Below, in pieces: positions 1 through 10,164 of a stretch of 64,000 nucleotides of DNA; the stretch's first letter is position 1, and the number at the start of each line of letters is the position of its first letter. The notes below the pieces were generated by a model. It was not told where the DNA came from. It was given only the letters and a program-made list of their open reading frames with translations, and searched no databases. This DNA comes from Escherichia phage UPWr_E2, in sequence record PP418986.1. One strand, written 5' to 3'. The position numbers and the translations under genes were made by a program.

Positions 1-735
1 AAGATCGACGGCAGTTACAAACCCTTGATTGGTGATTACACTTCTTCCTTTGAGAATCGGATAATAACAATCCTGTGAAACATAACCATGATCGACGAAT
101 ATTGGTGCTTCTACTCGCCATTGGTTGCCCCAATCACCCGGTTGTCTAGCAATCCATCCAGAACCGTTAATGTGTACACGATCGCGGTTAACGTTAACCA
201 TTGCGATATTTTGTGGATTTAGCGAAATCTCACCATTGTTTGTGATATGTACTGCCGCCTGAGTAGCATAGCTATAAAATGCTAGCGAATTATCAGCACC
301 ACCCTTACCAATATACCAGTTACCACTCCCGTCTACGTCACCACGAATATGCAAAGCATTACCAGCAGTTGTTGATAATACAATAGAATCACCCGGACGT
401 TTAATAATCAATCTACCTTCGGATTCAATTTCACCAAAAAATTTAGTCTTAATTGCACCAGTCGCTAAAGTACGTTCAGTGGAAAAATGAACGCCTTTGC
501 TGTCTTCTAACTGAATAATGTTATCGCGCGCATTATTACTATCACCCCAATGATTAAACCGGAAATAATCACGTGATTGCTTACCACCCGCTTCAAACGT
601 CAGCGTACCTTTACTTAAATTAACATCACCGCTAAAGGTAGCAGCAAGAGAATCACGTTCTAATTTTAAAACGTTAGCACCACTAGTACCACCTAAAGTA
701 ACATCACCAGTTCTCAATTCATAACGGAAAGGTCT
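1..735 (-). CDS. 37: long tail fibre distal subunit gp37, C-terminal coding portion (partial; runs off window start; out of frame with the upstream gp37 ORF because of the 349-bp duplication)
   Basis: minus-strand frame open 735->1 with no stop; re-reads the repeat unit then ...RPGDSIVLSTTAGNALHIRGDVDGSGNWYIGKG...; no ATG inside the repeat unit. Confidence 0.5.
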
Positions 736-1084
736 AATCACCCGGACGTTTAATAATCAATCTACCTTCGGATTCAATTTCACCAAAAAATTTAGTCTTA
801 ATTGCACCAGTCGCTAAAGTACGTTCAGTGGAAAAATGAACGCCTTTGCTGTCTTCTAACTGAATAATGTTATCGCGCGCATTATTACTATCACCCCAAT
901 GATTAAACCGGAAATAATCACGTGATTGCTTACCACCCGCTTCAAACGTCAGCGTACCTTTACTTAAATTAACATCACCGCTAAAGGTAGCAGCAAGAGA
1001 ATCACGTTCTAATTTTAAAACGTTAGCACCACTAGTACCACCTAAAGTAACATCACCAGTTCTCAATTCATAACGGAAAGGTCT
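387..1084. repeat. perfect tandem direct duplication, 2 x 349 bp (387-735 and 736-1084)
   Basis: units identical at every position compared; flanking bases differ (386 vs 735; 737 vs 1086). Confidence 0.95.
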
Positions 1085-2833
1085 ATTTGTATTATAGTTT
1101 CCATTTTGATCATCTTCGTTGGTGGAAAGAATATAAAGATTCTCTCCATAAGTACGGAAAATTGTACCAAAATTTCCGGCATACATACGGAATGCATTAG
1201 ATGAGCGAAATTTAACTTCTGTTTTAAAAGTGGTAGTGTTATTAAGGTTAACAGTAGAGTTAAAATTGGTAGGAGCACCGAAGTTAACAGCACCATTAAA
1301 ATCTTGTTGAGCTGTCCATGTGTGGCAACCATCTTCAAGAACAACACGGCGGACTGTGCAAGTTCTATTTCCAGAATTACCGAACACACTAACGACAAAA
1401 TAACGGTAGTTTGTCTGGGATACAGTACCACGCCAAACCTGAACAGTACGTCCTGTGCTAGTGTGCTCGCTAGGACCAACAGAAAACATAATTAAGTTTC
1501 CGTCAATCGTACCCCAATCCATATTAGCTGGCATGTTCTTTATTTTGTTCAAAGGAACGCTAAACATACTACCAGGAACAAAATCAAATGTTTGCCAGTC
1601 TAACTCTGCTAAGTTAGATTTAATACCACCCATACCCAAAGTAATTGGAAGAGAGTAAGATGTATATACTTCGTTCCATGTACCCCAAACACCGCCGGTA
1701 TATGCACGCTCAAAAATACGATCGCGGGTAGTTGCACCTGTTCCGGCAGTAGTAAATTTTTGGAAAATAGCACCACCAGAAGCACGCTGTTTAACTTCCA
1801 GCAAACCAACAATAACGGTTGGTAAACCTTCACCTGTAGGACAGTTAATAACGGCATCAGTGCCTAAAATGTTATATAACCCAGGAGCTTTAAAATCATT
1901 CAGGTCTCCGTCATAGAAAGTCGCCGGTGTGACATTACCGACTTGTTGCCACGGTCCCCATTTAGGCGCAGATGCATCCCATGCAGCAGCAAGACAGCGA
2001 GTATAAACAACACCAAATCTGGTCGTATATCTCTGTGTGCGAGAATAGTTTCCACCTTCATATACTTCTAAAAGTCCTTGAGCTGACAATCCTTCTTCTG
2101 GGAAATTTCTGTCAAAGGTAGCAATGGAATTTGAACCATTTCGCCACAAACCAAGGTGTTCAGCGCCTCCTAGATCATTAAGATCAATCGTTGTTGACAG
2201 TGGACGAGTACCAGATTGAATATTTCGCCACGCACTCCACGGACCGTTTACTCCGTTCCATGTAGCAGTCAAGGAACGAATATAAACATTTCCGTATCTA
2301 GTTGTATATCTCTGAGTACCAGCAAATTGACCGGCCACAAATACTTCTAGAACACCTACAGCATTTTCTTCTGGAAATTTATTTGCTGGTTGAGCGTTGG
2401 TTGAAGTTGTTTTCGACCAAACTCCAAGATATTCTTCAACAGGCCCATACTCATCTAAATTAGCATCAACAGGTAATTCGCCGTTATTTTTTATAAACGT
2501 TGTGCTATTGACATTTATGTCAGATGGAGTTAGCGTGATATCTTTTGACCCATCAAAGGATATACCATTAATTTTTCGTGCTGTTTTTAATTTCGTTGCA
2601 GTTGCAGCGTTACCTGTTAAATTTCCAATTATGTTTCCATTAACAGTTAAAGAACCATCAATTGTTCCTCCATATTTTAAACCTAATTCTATAACACTAC
2701 CTGAGTCATCTTTTGTGAAAATTGTTTTATCTTTTAAGTTTATAGCCAATTCACCTTCGGCTAATACTGAAGCAGCAGGACGTTGACCTGCAGTTTTGCT
2801 TCTTTTAAATTGTATTTGTTTTAAAGTAGCCAT
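734..2833 (-). CDS. 37: long tail fibre distal subunit gp37, N-terminal ORF (699 aa, ends at a TAG formed at the duplication junction)
   Basis: N-terminus [13 protein letters not shown] typical of T-even gp37; directly downstream of gene 36; body differs from my memory of T4 gp37. Confidence 0.85.
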   Translation of the reverse strand: MATLKQIQFKRSKTAGQRPAASVLAEGELAINLKDKTIFTKDDSGSVIELGLKYGGTIDGSLTVNGNIIGNLTGNAATATKLKTARKINGISFDGSKDITLTPSDINVNSTTFIKNNGELPVDANLDEYGPVEEYLGVWSKTTSTNAQPANKFPEENAVGVLEVFVAGQFAGTQRYTTRYGNVYIRSLTATWNGVNGPWSAWRNIQSGTRPLSTTIDLNDLGGAEHLGLWRNGSNSIATFDRNFPEEGLSAQGLLEVYEGGNYSRTQRYTTRFGVVYTRCLAAAWDASAPKWGPWQQVGNVTPATFYDGDLNDFKAPGLYNILGTDAVINCPTGEGLPTVIVGLLEVKQRASGGAIFQKFTTAGTGATTRDRIFERAYTGGVWGTWNEVYTSYSLPITLGMGGIKSNLAELDWQTFDFVPGSMFSVPLNKIKNMPANMDWGTIDGNLIMFSVGPSEHTSTGRTVQVWRGTVSQTNYRYFVVSVFGNSGNRTCTVRRVVLEDGCHTWTAQQDFNGAVNFGAPTNFNSTVNLNNTTTFKTEVKFRSSNAFRMYAGNFGTIFRTYGENLYILSTNEDDQNGNYNTNRPFRYELRTGDVTLGGTSGANVLKLERDSLAATFSGDVNLSKGTLTFEAGGKQSRDYFRFNHWGDSNNARDNIIQLEDSKGVHFSTERTLATGAIKTKFFGEIESEGRLIIKRPGD

Positions 2834-2841
2834 AAGTCCTC

Positions 2842-3492
2842 TTAATAATAGCCGAAATCTTGAACAGAATCCTTAATTACGATTTGGTCAAATCGTGGAA
2901 CGTGTGAAGGTTGAGATGCAGGATTCTGTGAAAAAAGGTTTGGCGCAGTTAAATTTCCTGTCATAGTGTCTCCAGAGCGTAATACCCTAGAGTTTGCATT
3001 TGCTGTAACAGTATTTATTGCTCCATCAACATAATCTTTACGAGTAACATCAGATGCTGCGGAAGGAGTAGATGTAACAGTTACAGATGGAGCCGTTACA
3101 GCTTTGGTAAATGTTGTCAAACCTTCTGGCGTAATCGTAATTTGTCCAGTAGTGATTTCACTACCTGCTGGTCTAAAACTAATACCGCCAGAAGAGCCAC
3201 CAACTACAAGAGTATTACCAGTGCCGCCACCAGAACGAATTCGGATGGGGGTTTCATTATTACTTAATTGAAGATAACTATTTACCCCGTAATTAATAGT
3301 AATTGGACCGGTGTAAGTACCACCATTAGCTTTAGAAACGAAATCGTTATCAGCTGCCTGCGGTTTATTATATTCTGAATATATTTTAAATGATTTGTAG
3401 AGTACATCGTCACCGGCTGAATTCAATGGAAAATTTCCTTGATGCCAAATGACAGATCCACCCACAGTTGAACCTACTTTTAAATCAGCCAT
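2842..3492 (-). CDS. 36: long tail fibre distal connector gp36
   Basis: 216 aa; N- and C-terminal thirds match my memory of T4 gp36 (MADLKVGST..., ...[17 protein letters not shown]); synteny. Confidence 0.9.
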   Translation of the reverse strand: MADLKVGSTVGGSVIWHQGNFPLNSAGDDVLYKSFKIYSEYNKPQAADNDFVSKANGGTYTGPITINYGVNSYLQLSNNETPIRIRSGGGTGNTLVVGGSSGGISFRPAGSEITTGQITITPEGLTTFTKAVTAPSVTVTSTPSAASDVTRKDYVDGAINTVTANANSRVLRSGDTMTGNLTAPNLFSQNPASQPSHVPRFDQIVIKDSVQDFGYY

Positions 3493-3515
3493 TATATGCC
3501 CCTTTATTTTAATAT

Positions 3516-3523
3516 TATTTATA
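3516..3523 (-). promoter_or_regulatory. late promoter box TATAAATA (minus strand) for gene 36
   Basis: plus-strand tatttata 24 nt upstream of gene 36 start codon. Confidence 0.6.
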
Positions 3524-3552
3524 AAGAAAAAGGGAACCCGAAGGCTCCCTCA
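3524..3552 (-). terminator. stem-loop plus U-run after gene 35
   Basis: minus-strand agggagcc-ttcg-ggttccct followed by tttttcttt; stem pairs fully only as minus-strand RNA (G-U). Confidence 0.55.
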
Positions 3553-3554
3553 GT

Positions 3555-4670
3555 TTAAACTTCTCTAAATTCCTGTCCAAACACTTTGCCAGTTTTAGAA
3601 GAGGCTTGTGTAGGAAGTACCATTATATCTGGAGGTGAAGCCGATTCACAGACATAATTAACGCGAATACCGTTGACGCCAAATTCGGCAGGTTTTGAAA
3701 TGCCGCCATTTCTTGATACTTCAGAAAAACTTAAATTTCTCATGCCGCCTTGACCTGCTTGAGCAGTTCTTTGTGCATATATCGTAAATCCTACTGCATT
3801 TTCAGGAACAACTACATAATCTTCTTTTAATTCCCAAGACCCAGCTTGCCCAGTAAACTCAGCTTGGGTCGAGGAAATATATCCATTTGATGCATCATAA
3901 AAACGAATAGATATATTTGTAGTTCCAAGATCAAGTAAATCAGCATCAGCATATAGTTGTGCTTTAAGATAAAGAACATCACCAGGAATTAAATTGTAGT
4001 CAGAAAGTTTACTTATAGCAGCTGAAGTTGGCAATCGCGCAATTTCATTATTAGTTCCTCCAACCGCAGACATAAATTGCTCAACGCTTTCGTATGTTCT
4101 TTTAGGAAATCCTGTAGCTCCGACGTCTTCTAAACTATCAAATACAACATCTAAAATAGTTTGATAATCATCTGTGCTTTTTCTATTACTTAGTTTAACA
4201 TGCTCTAATGCAATAACTCTTTTAGAAGAAGTATAAAAAGCAGCATATGACACGTCAAATCTTGACAATACTGAATCTGATGGAAAAACTGAAGTTCCTG
4301 CTCCCCTTAACCAAGATACCACTTCAGGAGGAAAATTAACCTTTCCGCTAGTTAATATAGCAACAAGTCTATTGTTTGACAAAGAATTCATGAAACTGAC
4401 AAAAGCGGCAGATGTTGTATCGTTTGAAGCAGAAAAAGCATATGACTTGCTATCAACTAATGCTCCCGTAGAAGGGTCAAAAACTCTTAAATGAAGACCT
4501 GCACTAAATGTTTGATTTCCAACGGGATTATCCTGAAATTTAACATATGGCCCCGCAGTAGAAAGCGGGCAAGAACCCGCTATGCTTATTTTATATCTTA
4601 CTGAATTGCTTTCCGATAAAAATGGCGTTTGGACATATCCTTGTCCAAACTCTGCCATAAATTTTTCCAT
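3555..4670 (-). CDS. 35: long tail fibre hinge connector gp35
   Basis: 371 aa; MEKFMAEFGQGYVQTPFLSESNSVRYKISIAG... matches T4 gp35 from memory. Confidence 0.9.
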   Translation of the reverse strand: MEKFMAEFGQGYVQTPFLSESNSVRYKISIAGSCPLSTAGPYVKFQDNPVGNQTFSAGLHLRVFDPSTGALVDSKSYAFSASNDTTSAAFVSFMNSLSNNRLVAILTSGKVNFPPEVVSWLRGAGTSVFPSDSVLSRFDVSYAAFYTSSKRVIALEHVKLSNRKSTDDYQTILDVVFDSLEDVGATGFPKRTYESVEQFMSAVGGTNNEIARLPTSAAISKLSDYNLIPGDVLYLKAQLYADADLLDLGTTNISIRFYDASNGYISSTQAEFTGQAGSWELKEDYVVVPENAVGFTIYAQRTAQAGQGGMRNLSFSEVSRNGGISKPAEFGVNGIRVNYVCESASPPDIMVLPTQASSKTGKVFGQEFREV

Positions 4671-4678
4671 AATACCTC

Positions 4679-7600
4679 TTATTCAATCCACTCAAATTTA
4701 ACAGTTTTATTCACTGGGTCAGGAATAATGCGAACATTACCAATTCGCAAGAAATCGCGAATAGTAAGATTACCTATTATTCCATTATCAGATGGGATCG
4801 CTCCTATATCTGAAGGTTGAGGAGGGTTACCTCCGTCAAATACCTGAACAAAACTTGACCAAGAGTTTTTGGTTTTCTGCCATGTACGTGTCCAGCGAGT
4901 GGTACGTGCTTCTGGGGTCGTTGGATAAGTAATCCAATCTTGGTAAAGTGAATCAAGTGTGTTACCAAACTGAGTCAATGTACCAGGAGATTTAACTTCT
5001 TCACCACGTTCTAAGTATGGAAGTCCAGTCACTTCATTAGTTTTTTCAACCATTTTAAAATAACCCGGGAACTGGTTATAAGTGGCTGAATCATTAATAT
5101 CGATTGACCAGAATCCTACTGTATCAGATGTTGGCGCACGGGTATATAAATCAGAGGTTTTAGTACCCTGAGAACGAATTCTCGAGTTAACAGTCAAACC
5201 ACCCGAACTTATAGTAGCACCTTTTGCAATGATTAAGCTTTCACCAATCGTTACTTGGCCAGATGCATTATTAATAGCTAAAGGACGCAATCCATTAAAT
5301 CCGCCAGTTTGATCACCCGATGCAGTAAGCATAAAATTCGTTACTGACCCGTCATTGCGAACAATGAAACCATAATTTCCGCTAATAGCACGGAAAGCAT
5401 TTGCGCTTCGAGAAATAATTTCACCAGTTGCAGTGACTGAATTACCAAATGTTGCTACACCATTTGCATTCAATGTTCCTGAAGCATTAACATTTATCGG
5501 TGTTACTGTACCGTTGATATTAAATGTTATATTTCCAGCTTTATTACGCTGAGAATAAAAATGACTAGACGTTTCATCACTAACTTCAAATACGGTAGAA
5601 CGTGTTGTGTCTGATTCCCCACTAAACTGATTTCCCCACACTCTGACTGTCATCGTTTGAGCTGGGTTTGTTCCAGTTTGAGGTCCTTTCTCAAAAATCA
5701 GACGAGTTGCCGTTCCAGTATTAGAAATAGTTAATGTACTATTTGCTGAAACTGATCCACCGAATGTAGCAGTACTAGATGATACAAGAGGGGCACTCAG
5801 ATTCGTTTGTTGGGTTAAGGTTAGTGAACCATTAACTGTTTGTGCAATGTCCCTACGAATGAACTGGAGCGAATCTAGACCATCTAATAAATTACTATCT
5901 ACAGCTTTTGCTTTTAATGGCAAATAATTTGCTAATACGCGATTTAATTCATATGGTGATACTGCATAACCATTTTTCTCATATGATTCTAATGGCTGTG
6001 TTGAACCTACCGTATCATTACCAACAAACGTTAATGAACCAGAAGAAGTTTTAACAAACCCTCTTATCAGAGTAGTTGCTGCCCAAGTTGGTTCACTCTG
6101 CACAATCCATTTTAAATTTTTTGGAGATACAGCAGTATTTGCTGACGTTCCAGTCACAGTTTCAGACTGAGTTGCAACTTTAATAACACCTTCTTGCGAT
6201 TCGGTAGATTTAGTACCTAAAAGCTTTTTAGGAGTTATTAAAACATTATCTAATGTTCCTGCAGCAGCTTCAACTTGTGTAGCTACACGAAGTGTACCAC
6301 GCTGTGTCTCATTTGCTTCAAGAATATTAAGGGTATAATGGTCCCAGAGAGTTCCTGATTCAACTAATCCAGATAGAGCAACAACAGAAGTACGATCAGT
6401 ACTATTAAATCTGGTTTTAATTTTTAATGGTGTAGAGATACGAGTATCGTCGACGCCTGCGTCGAATTCAACCTGTGTAGCAATTTCAGCTATACCACTT
6501 AAACTTTCAGTTGCTCTACGGTCATTTAAAGTTTTAGGAGTGACTGCACGAGTATAGTCAGTTCCTGTATTAACTTCACTTTGCGTAGCAATTTCAATTA
6601 AACCAATTCTTCCATCAGTTGATGTCTTTTTATGTAACGTTTCTGGCGTTACAACCGCATTTGCCCATCCTTCTTGGCTTTGTCCAGCAATTACTTCACT
6701 TTCAACTGCTAAAATTACTGCGCCTTGTTGCGTTGGAGTAGCTTTATACTGATCCAAAGCTTTAGGTGAAACAACTAAATTATTAGTGTTTTTATTATAA
6801 ACATTCGTACCATTTAATTCACGACTAGAAGCTGGAGTAGCTCCTGCGGTAGATACAAAAGTTACAATACCCGATAATGTTTCAGAACCTTGACGAGCTT
6901 GAAGCTTTTTAGGAGTGATGATTGTAGTATCATCAGTACCTGTATTAGTTTCCTGCTGCGTAGCAATTTCAGCGACACCTCTGCGAGTTTCTGTAGCAGT
7001 TCTTTCATTCAGCTTTTTAGGAGTGATGATAAGGTCATCTGCAAAAGAGAATGTGGTGTTCTGATTCACTTGAGCAGTAGTTGCTATTCTTGCAATACCT
7101 CTGCGAGTTTCTGTAGCAGTACGATTAGCTAACGTTTCTGGAGTAATTGCCAATTCTTTTTGCGGAGAATTTTCTAAATCAGCATTTGCTTGAGCTTGTG
7201 TAGCTAAAGCAATTACGCCTAATCTTGCTCTAGTAGAATTATTTAAAGAATCGACTCTTTCAACTGTTGGAACGTTTTGCTGTACAACCCAGTATTTTCC
7301 ATCAGAATCTTCTATATAAGCAAGTTGCAAAACTGGTACATAATTAGTTTCACCATTAAAAACTAATTCTTGAACTGTTACCCATTCAGCTTCAGGCGGA
7401 TATTCTGAACGTTTTGGGAATTGCAGCAATTGAACTGAAGAAGCAATTTTATCTTCACCGGCAGCTTTGATTTTAACTGTTTGTCCTTTTCTCATGTAAT
7501 TCATGGAAATTTTAACAGTATCACCAACAGAAATATCAGTCGGAAGCTGAAGTTCAATTGTTTGGGTTGTTCCATTATTCGCGCCAAATACCATGACTTC

Positions 7601-8548
7601 TTCATTTGGACGAATATTTGAATTAGTTGTTATAATGCGTAAACGTGCTTTACTATCCCCGTCAAACAATCTCCACAATTTCTCATTATCGTCAAACATC
7701 AAGAAACCGTCAATCGATGTACGGCCTTCAATGGAATGAGTTCCAACTTCTTGTACTGAAGTCGTTTCATCGTATGTAGTAACAATTGTATGATAAAGTG
7801 GATTCAGTTTATCTAAATCAACGAAATTAATAATATCGCCATGATTAGCAAATCTCGGAAGTTTAACATTAATTGGTGCAGCAGAAGTAAATCTACGTAC
7901 GATAAAATCATTAGATTGTGCTTGATATGCAGTCGATGGAGTAACAATCGCAGCTTCTCTGCTATAATCAGCAATATACATTTGCCACAAACGATTATTA
8001 AAAATGAATACCATCTGTGACTTTGGATGAGTCATTAAAACTGAACGTACCTGTTCACCTCTAAAATTGACAATACTCTGATTTGAAGAATTTATTTTAA
8101 CCTGATTTATGCCAGGTTTTCCACCGATATCTTGAATTATTACGGTTTCTCCATCAAGCGGAGAAGGTGGTAAAGTAAACTCAATGTCATTGCCAACTGA
8201 TGTATCTACTGAAATTGCTTCTCCGGATTTTAATTGATATGGTCCAGATGATACGGTTGTATATACGGCATCAGTACGTAATGCTTTCCAACGAATTCTA
8301 TTAAAATTTCCAGCAGGTTTTGGAATATTATCCGTTGCTGCCCAAAAACGATTATTATAAATGATTACAAAATCTTTTAAATATCCACGAGTTGGGTCAT
8401 ATTGCTGAACTGTGTTTTCTTGAATTAAGTAATCAACGTTAACACCGTCAGTTCCTACGGTACGATCAGCTAAAGCTACGTTGATTATTTTATCGCCACC
8501 TGCGTCCAGACCATCTTCTGCTCTGAACTTTCTTTTAATCTCGGCCAT
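4679..8548 (-). CDS. 34: long tail fibre proximal subunit gp34
   Basis: 1289 aa, same length as T4 gp34; synteny upstream of 35-36-37. Confidence 0.92.
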   Translation of the reverse strand: MAEIKRKFRAEDGLDAGGDKIINVALADRTVGTDGVNVDYLIQENTVQQYDPTRGYLKDFVIIYNNRFWAATDNIPKPAGNFNRIRWKALRTDAVYTTVSSGPYQLKSGEAISVDTSVGNDIEFTLPPSPLDGETVIIQDIGGKPGINQVKINSSNQSIVNFRGEQVRSVLMTHPKSQMVFIFNNRLWQMYIADYSREAAIVTPSTAYQAQSNDFIVRRFTSAAPINVKLPRFANHGDIINFVDLDKLNPLYHTIVTTYDETTSVQEVGTHSIEGRTSIDGFLMFDDNEKLWRLFDGDSKARLRIITTNSNIRPNEEVMVFGANNGTTQTIELQLPTDISVGDTVKISMNYMRKGQTVKIKAAGEDKIASSVQLLQFPKRSEYPPEAEWVTVQELVFNGETNYVPVLQLAYIEDSDGKYWVVQQNVPTVERVDSLNNSTRARLGVIALATQAQANADLENSPQKELAITPETLANRTATETRRGIARIATTAQVNQNTTFSFADDLIITPKKLNERTATETRRGVAEIATQQETNTGTDDTTIITPKKLQARQGSETLSGIVTFVSTAGATPASSRELNGTNVYNKNTNNLVVSPKALDQYKATPTQQGAVILAVESEVIAGQSQEGWANAVVTPETLHKKTSTDGRIGLIEIATQSEVNTGTDYTRAVTPKTLNDRRATESLSGIAEIATQVEFDAGVDDTRISTPLKIKTRFNSTDRTSVVALSGLVESGTLWDHYTLNILEANETQRGTLRVATQVEAAAGTLDNVLITPKKLLGTKSTESQEGVIKVATQSETVTGTSANTAVSPKNLKWIVQSEPTWAATTLIRGFVKTSSGSLTFVGNDTVGSTQPLESYEKNGYAVSPYELNRVLANYLPLKAKAVDSNLLDGLDSLQFIRRDIAQTVNGSLTLTQQTNLSAPLVSSSTATFGGSVSANSTLTISNTGTATRLIFEKGPQTGTNPAQTMTVRVWGNQFSGESDTTRSTVFEVSDETSSHFYSQRNKAGNITFNINGTVTPINVNASGTLNANGVATFGNSVTATGEIISRSANAFRAISGNYGFIVRNDGSVTNFMLTASGDQTGGFNGLRPLAINNASGQVTIGESLIIAKGATISSGGLTVNSRIRSQGTKTSDLYTRAPTSDTVGFWSIDINDSATYNQFPGYFKMVEKTNEVTGLPYLERGEEVKSPGTLTQFGNTLDSLYQDWITYPTTPEARTTRWTRTWQKTKNSWSSFVQVFDGGNPPQPSDIGAIPSDNGIIGNLTIRDFLRIGNVRIIPDPVNKTVKFEWIE

Positions 8549-8582
8549 TCTCCCGGGCTCCTATTGTGTTTTCAATAATAAG

Positions 8583-8590
8583 TATTTATA
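8583..8590 (-). promoter_or_regulatory. late promoter box TATAAATA (minus strand) for gene 34
   Basis: plus-strand tatttata 35 nt upstream of gene 34 ATG. Confidence 0.6.
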
Positions 8591-8593
8591 CCT

Positions 8594-8623
8594 GTTTACT
8601 TTAAGATTTAGATAGTATATAAT
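8594..8623 (+). promoter_or_regulatory. sigma70-type early promoter for rnh
   Basis: -35 gtttac (8594-8599), 18-nt spacer, -10 tataat (8618-8623). Confidence 0.5.
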
Positions 8624-8652
8624 AGAAATCTCACTAATTGAACGAGGTTCAT

Positions 8653-9570
8653 ATGGATTTAGAAATGATGCTGGATGAAGATTACAAAGAAGGAATTTGC
8701 TTTATTGACTTTAGTCAAATTGCTCTTTCAACTGCTCTGGTAAACTTCCCAGATAAAGAAAAAATTAATTTATCAATGGTTCGTCATTTGATATTGAACT
8801 CAATTAAGTTTAATGTCAAAAAAGCAAAAACGCTTGGATACACTAAAATTGTGCTGTGTATTGATAACGCGAAATCTGGATACTGGCGTCGTGATTTTGC
8901 TTATTATTATAAGAAAAACCGTGGAAAAGCACGAGAAGAATCTACTTGGGACTGGGAAGGTTATTTTGAATCCAGCCATAAAGTTATAGATGAATTGAAA
9001 GCTTATATGCCATACATTGTTATGGATATTGATAAGTATGAAGCAGATGACCATATTGCTGTTCTTGTTAAAAAGTTCTCTTTAGAAGGACACAAGATTT
9101 TAATCATTTCGTCGGATGGTGACTTTACACAGCTTCACAAATATCCAAATGTTAAGCAATGGTCACCGATGCATAAGAAATGGGTTAAAATTAAAAGCGG
9201 TTCTGCTGAAATTGACTGTATGACTAAAATCCTTAAAGGCGACAAAAAGGATAACGTTGCTTCAGTTAAAGTACGATCTGACTTTTGGTTTACCAGAGTT
9301 GAAGGTGAACGAACTCCTTCAATGAAAACTTCAATCGTTGAAGCTATTGCTAATGACCGTGAGCAAGCTAAGGTGCTTCTCTCAGAATCTGAGTATAATC
9401 GTTATAAAGAAAATTTAGTTCTAATTGATTTTGATTATATTCCTGATAATATTGCTTCAAACATTGTGAATTACTATAATTCATATAAATTACCACCGCG
9501 TGGCAAAATTTATTCATATTTTGTAAAAGCGGGTCTTTCTAAATTAACTAATAGCATTAATGAATTTTGA
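8653..9570 (+). CDS. rnh: RNase H (5'-3' exonuclease/flap endonuclease)
   Basis: 305 aa from ATG 8653 (SD gagg 7 nt upstream); MDLEMMLDEDYKEG... matches T4 RNase H; the 8638 start in the ORF track is TTG. Confidence 0.9.
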   Translation: MDLEMMLDEDYKEGICFIDFSQIALSTALVNFPDKEKINLSMVRHLILNSIKFNVKKAKTLGYTKIVLCIDNAKSGYWRRDFAYYYKKNRGKAREESTWDWEGYFESSHKVIDELKAYMPYIVMDIDKYEADDHIAVLVKKFSLEGHKILIISSDGDFTQLHKYPNVKQWSPMHKKWVKIKSGSAEIDCMTKILKGDKKDNVASVKVRSDFWFTRVEGERTPSMKTSIVEAIANDREQAKVLLSESEYNRYKENLVLIDFDYIPDNIASNIVNYYNSYKLPPRGKIYSYFVKAGLSKLTNSINEF

Positions 9571-9578
9571 GGTGAATA

Positions 9579-9848
9579 ATGGCTAAAAAAGAAATGGTTG
9601 AATTTGATGAAGCTATCCATGGCGAAGACTTGGCTAAATTTATTAAAGAAGCATCTGATCATAAACTGAAAATTTCCGGTTATAATGAATTGATTAAAGA
9701 TATTCGAATTCGTGCCAAAGATGAACTTGGCGTTGATGGTAAGATGTTTAATCGTCTATTAGCTTTGTATCATAAAGATAACCGTGATGTGTTTGAAGCT
9801 GAAACTGAAGAGGTAGTTGAACTTTATGACACAGTTTTCTCTAAATGA
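9579..9848 (+). CDS. dsbA: dsDNA-binding protein DsbA (late transcription accessory)
   Basis: 89 aa, position between rnh and 33 as in T4. Confidence 0.85.
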   Translation: MAKKEMVEFDEAIHGEDLAKFIKEASDHKLKISGYNELIKDIRIRAKDELGVDGKMFNRLLALYHKDNRDVFEAETEEVVELYDTVFSK

Positions 9849-10164
9849 CATTCGTCCGGTCGATGAGACCGGTCTTTCAGAAAAAGAACTTTCAATCAAG
9901 AAAGAAAAGGATGAAATAGCAAAGCTTCTTGATCGTCAAGAAAATGGATTTATTATTGAAAAAATGGTAGAAGAGTTTGGAATGAGTTATCTTGAAGCTA
10001 CAACAGCATTCTTAGAAGAAAACTCTATTCCTGAAACTCAATTTGCTAAATTTATTCCTTCGGGTATAATTGAAAAAATTCAGTCAGAAGCCATTGACGA
10101 AAATCTTTTACGTCCTTCTGTTGTTCGTTGTGAAAAAACTAATACATTAGATTTTCTGCTATGA
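9826..10164 (+). CDS. 33: late transcription co-activator gp33
   Basis: 112 aa from ATG 9826 (MTQFSLNDIRP...), SD gagg upstream; overlaps dsbA 3' end. Confidence 0.85.
   Translation: MTQFSLNDIRPVDETGLSEKELSIKKEKDEIAKLLDRQENGFIIEKMVEEFGMSYLEATTAFLEENSIPETQFAKFIPSGIIEKIQSEAIDENLLRPSVVRCEKTNTLDFLL

Noticed and set aside
387-1084. CRISPR array or other short-spacer repeat structure
   Set aside because: The only repeats in the window are the 2 x 349-bp tandem duplication and the two 54-bp cassettes 16 kb apart; nothing with repeat-spacer periodicity.
1063-1857. ORF-track entries 1063-1479(-), 1304-1495(+), 1455-1658(+), 1609-1857(-) inside gene 37
   Set aside because: Alternative-frame or antisense ORFs nested in a well-supported tail-fibre gene; low-complexity hydrophobic translations, no ribosome-binding sites.
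4629-4820. 63-aa plus-strand ORF spanning the 34/35 junction
   Set aside because: Antisense to the 3' end of gene 34 and start of gene 35; no ribosome-binding site.
6890-7132. 80-aa plus-strand ORF inside gene 34
   Set aside because: Antisense to gp34; Ser/Cys-rich low-complexity translation.
8638-8652. N-terminal extensions in the ORF track (rnh from 8638, denA from 20553, rnlA from 21004, gp20 from 58972, td from 14626 and others)
   Set aside because: These begin at TTG/GTG or unsupported ATG codons; the downstream ATG has the Shine-Dalgarno sequence and gives the expected T4 protein length.
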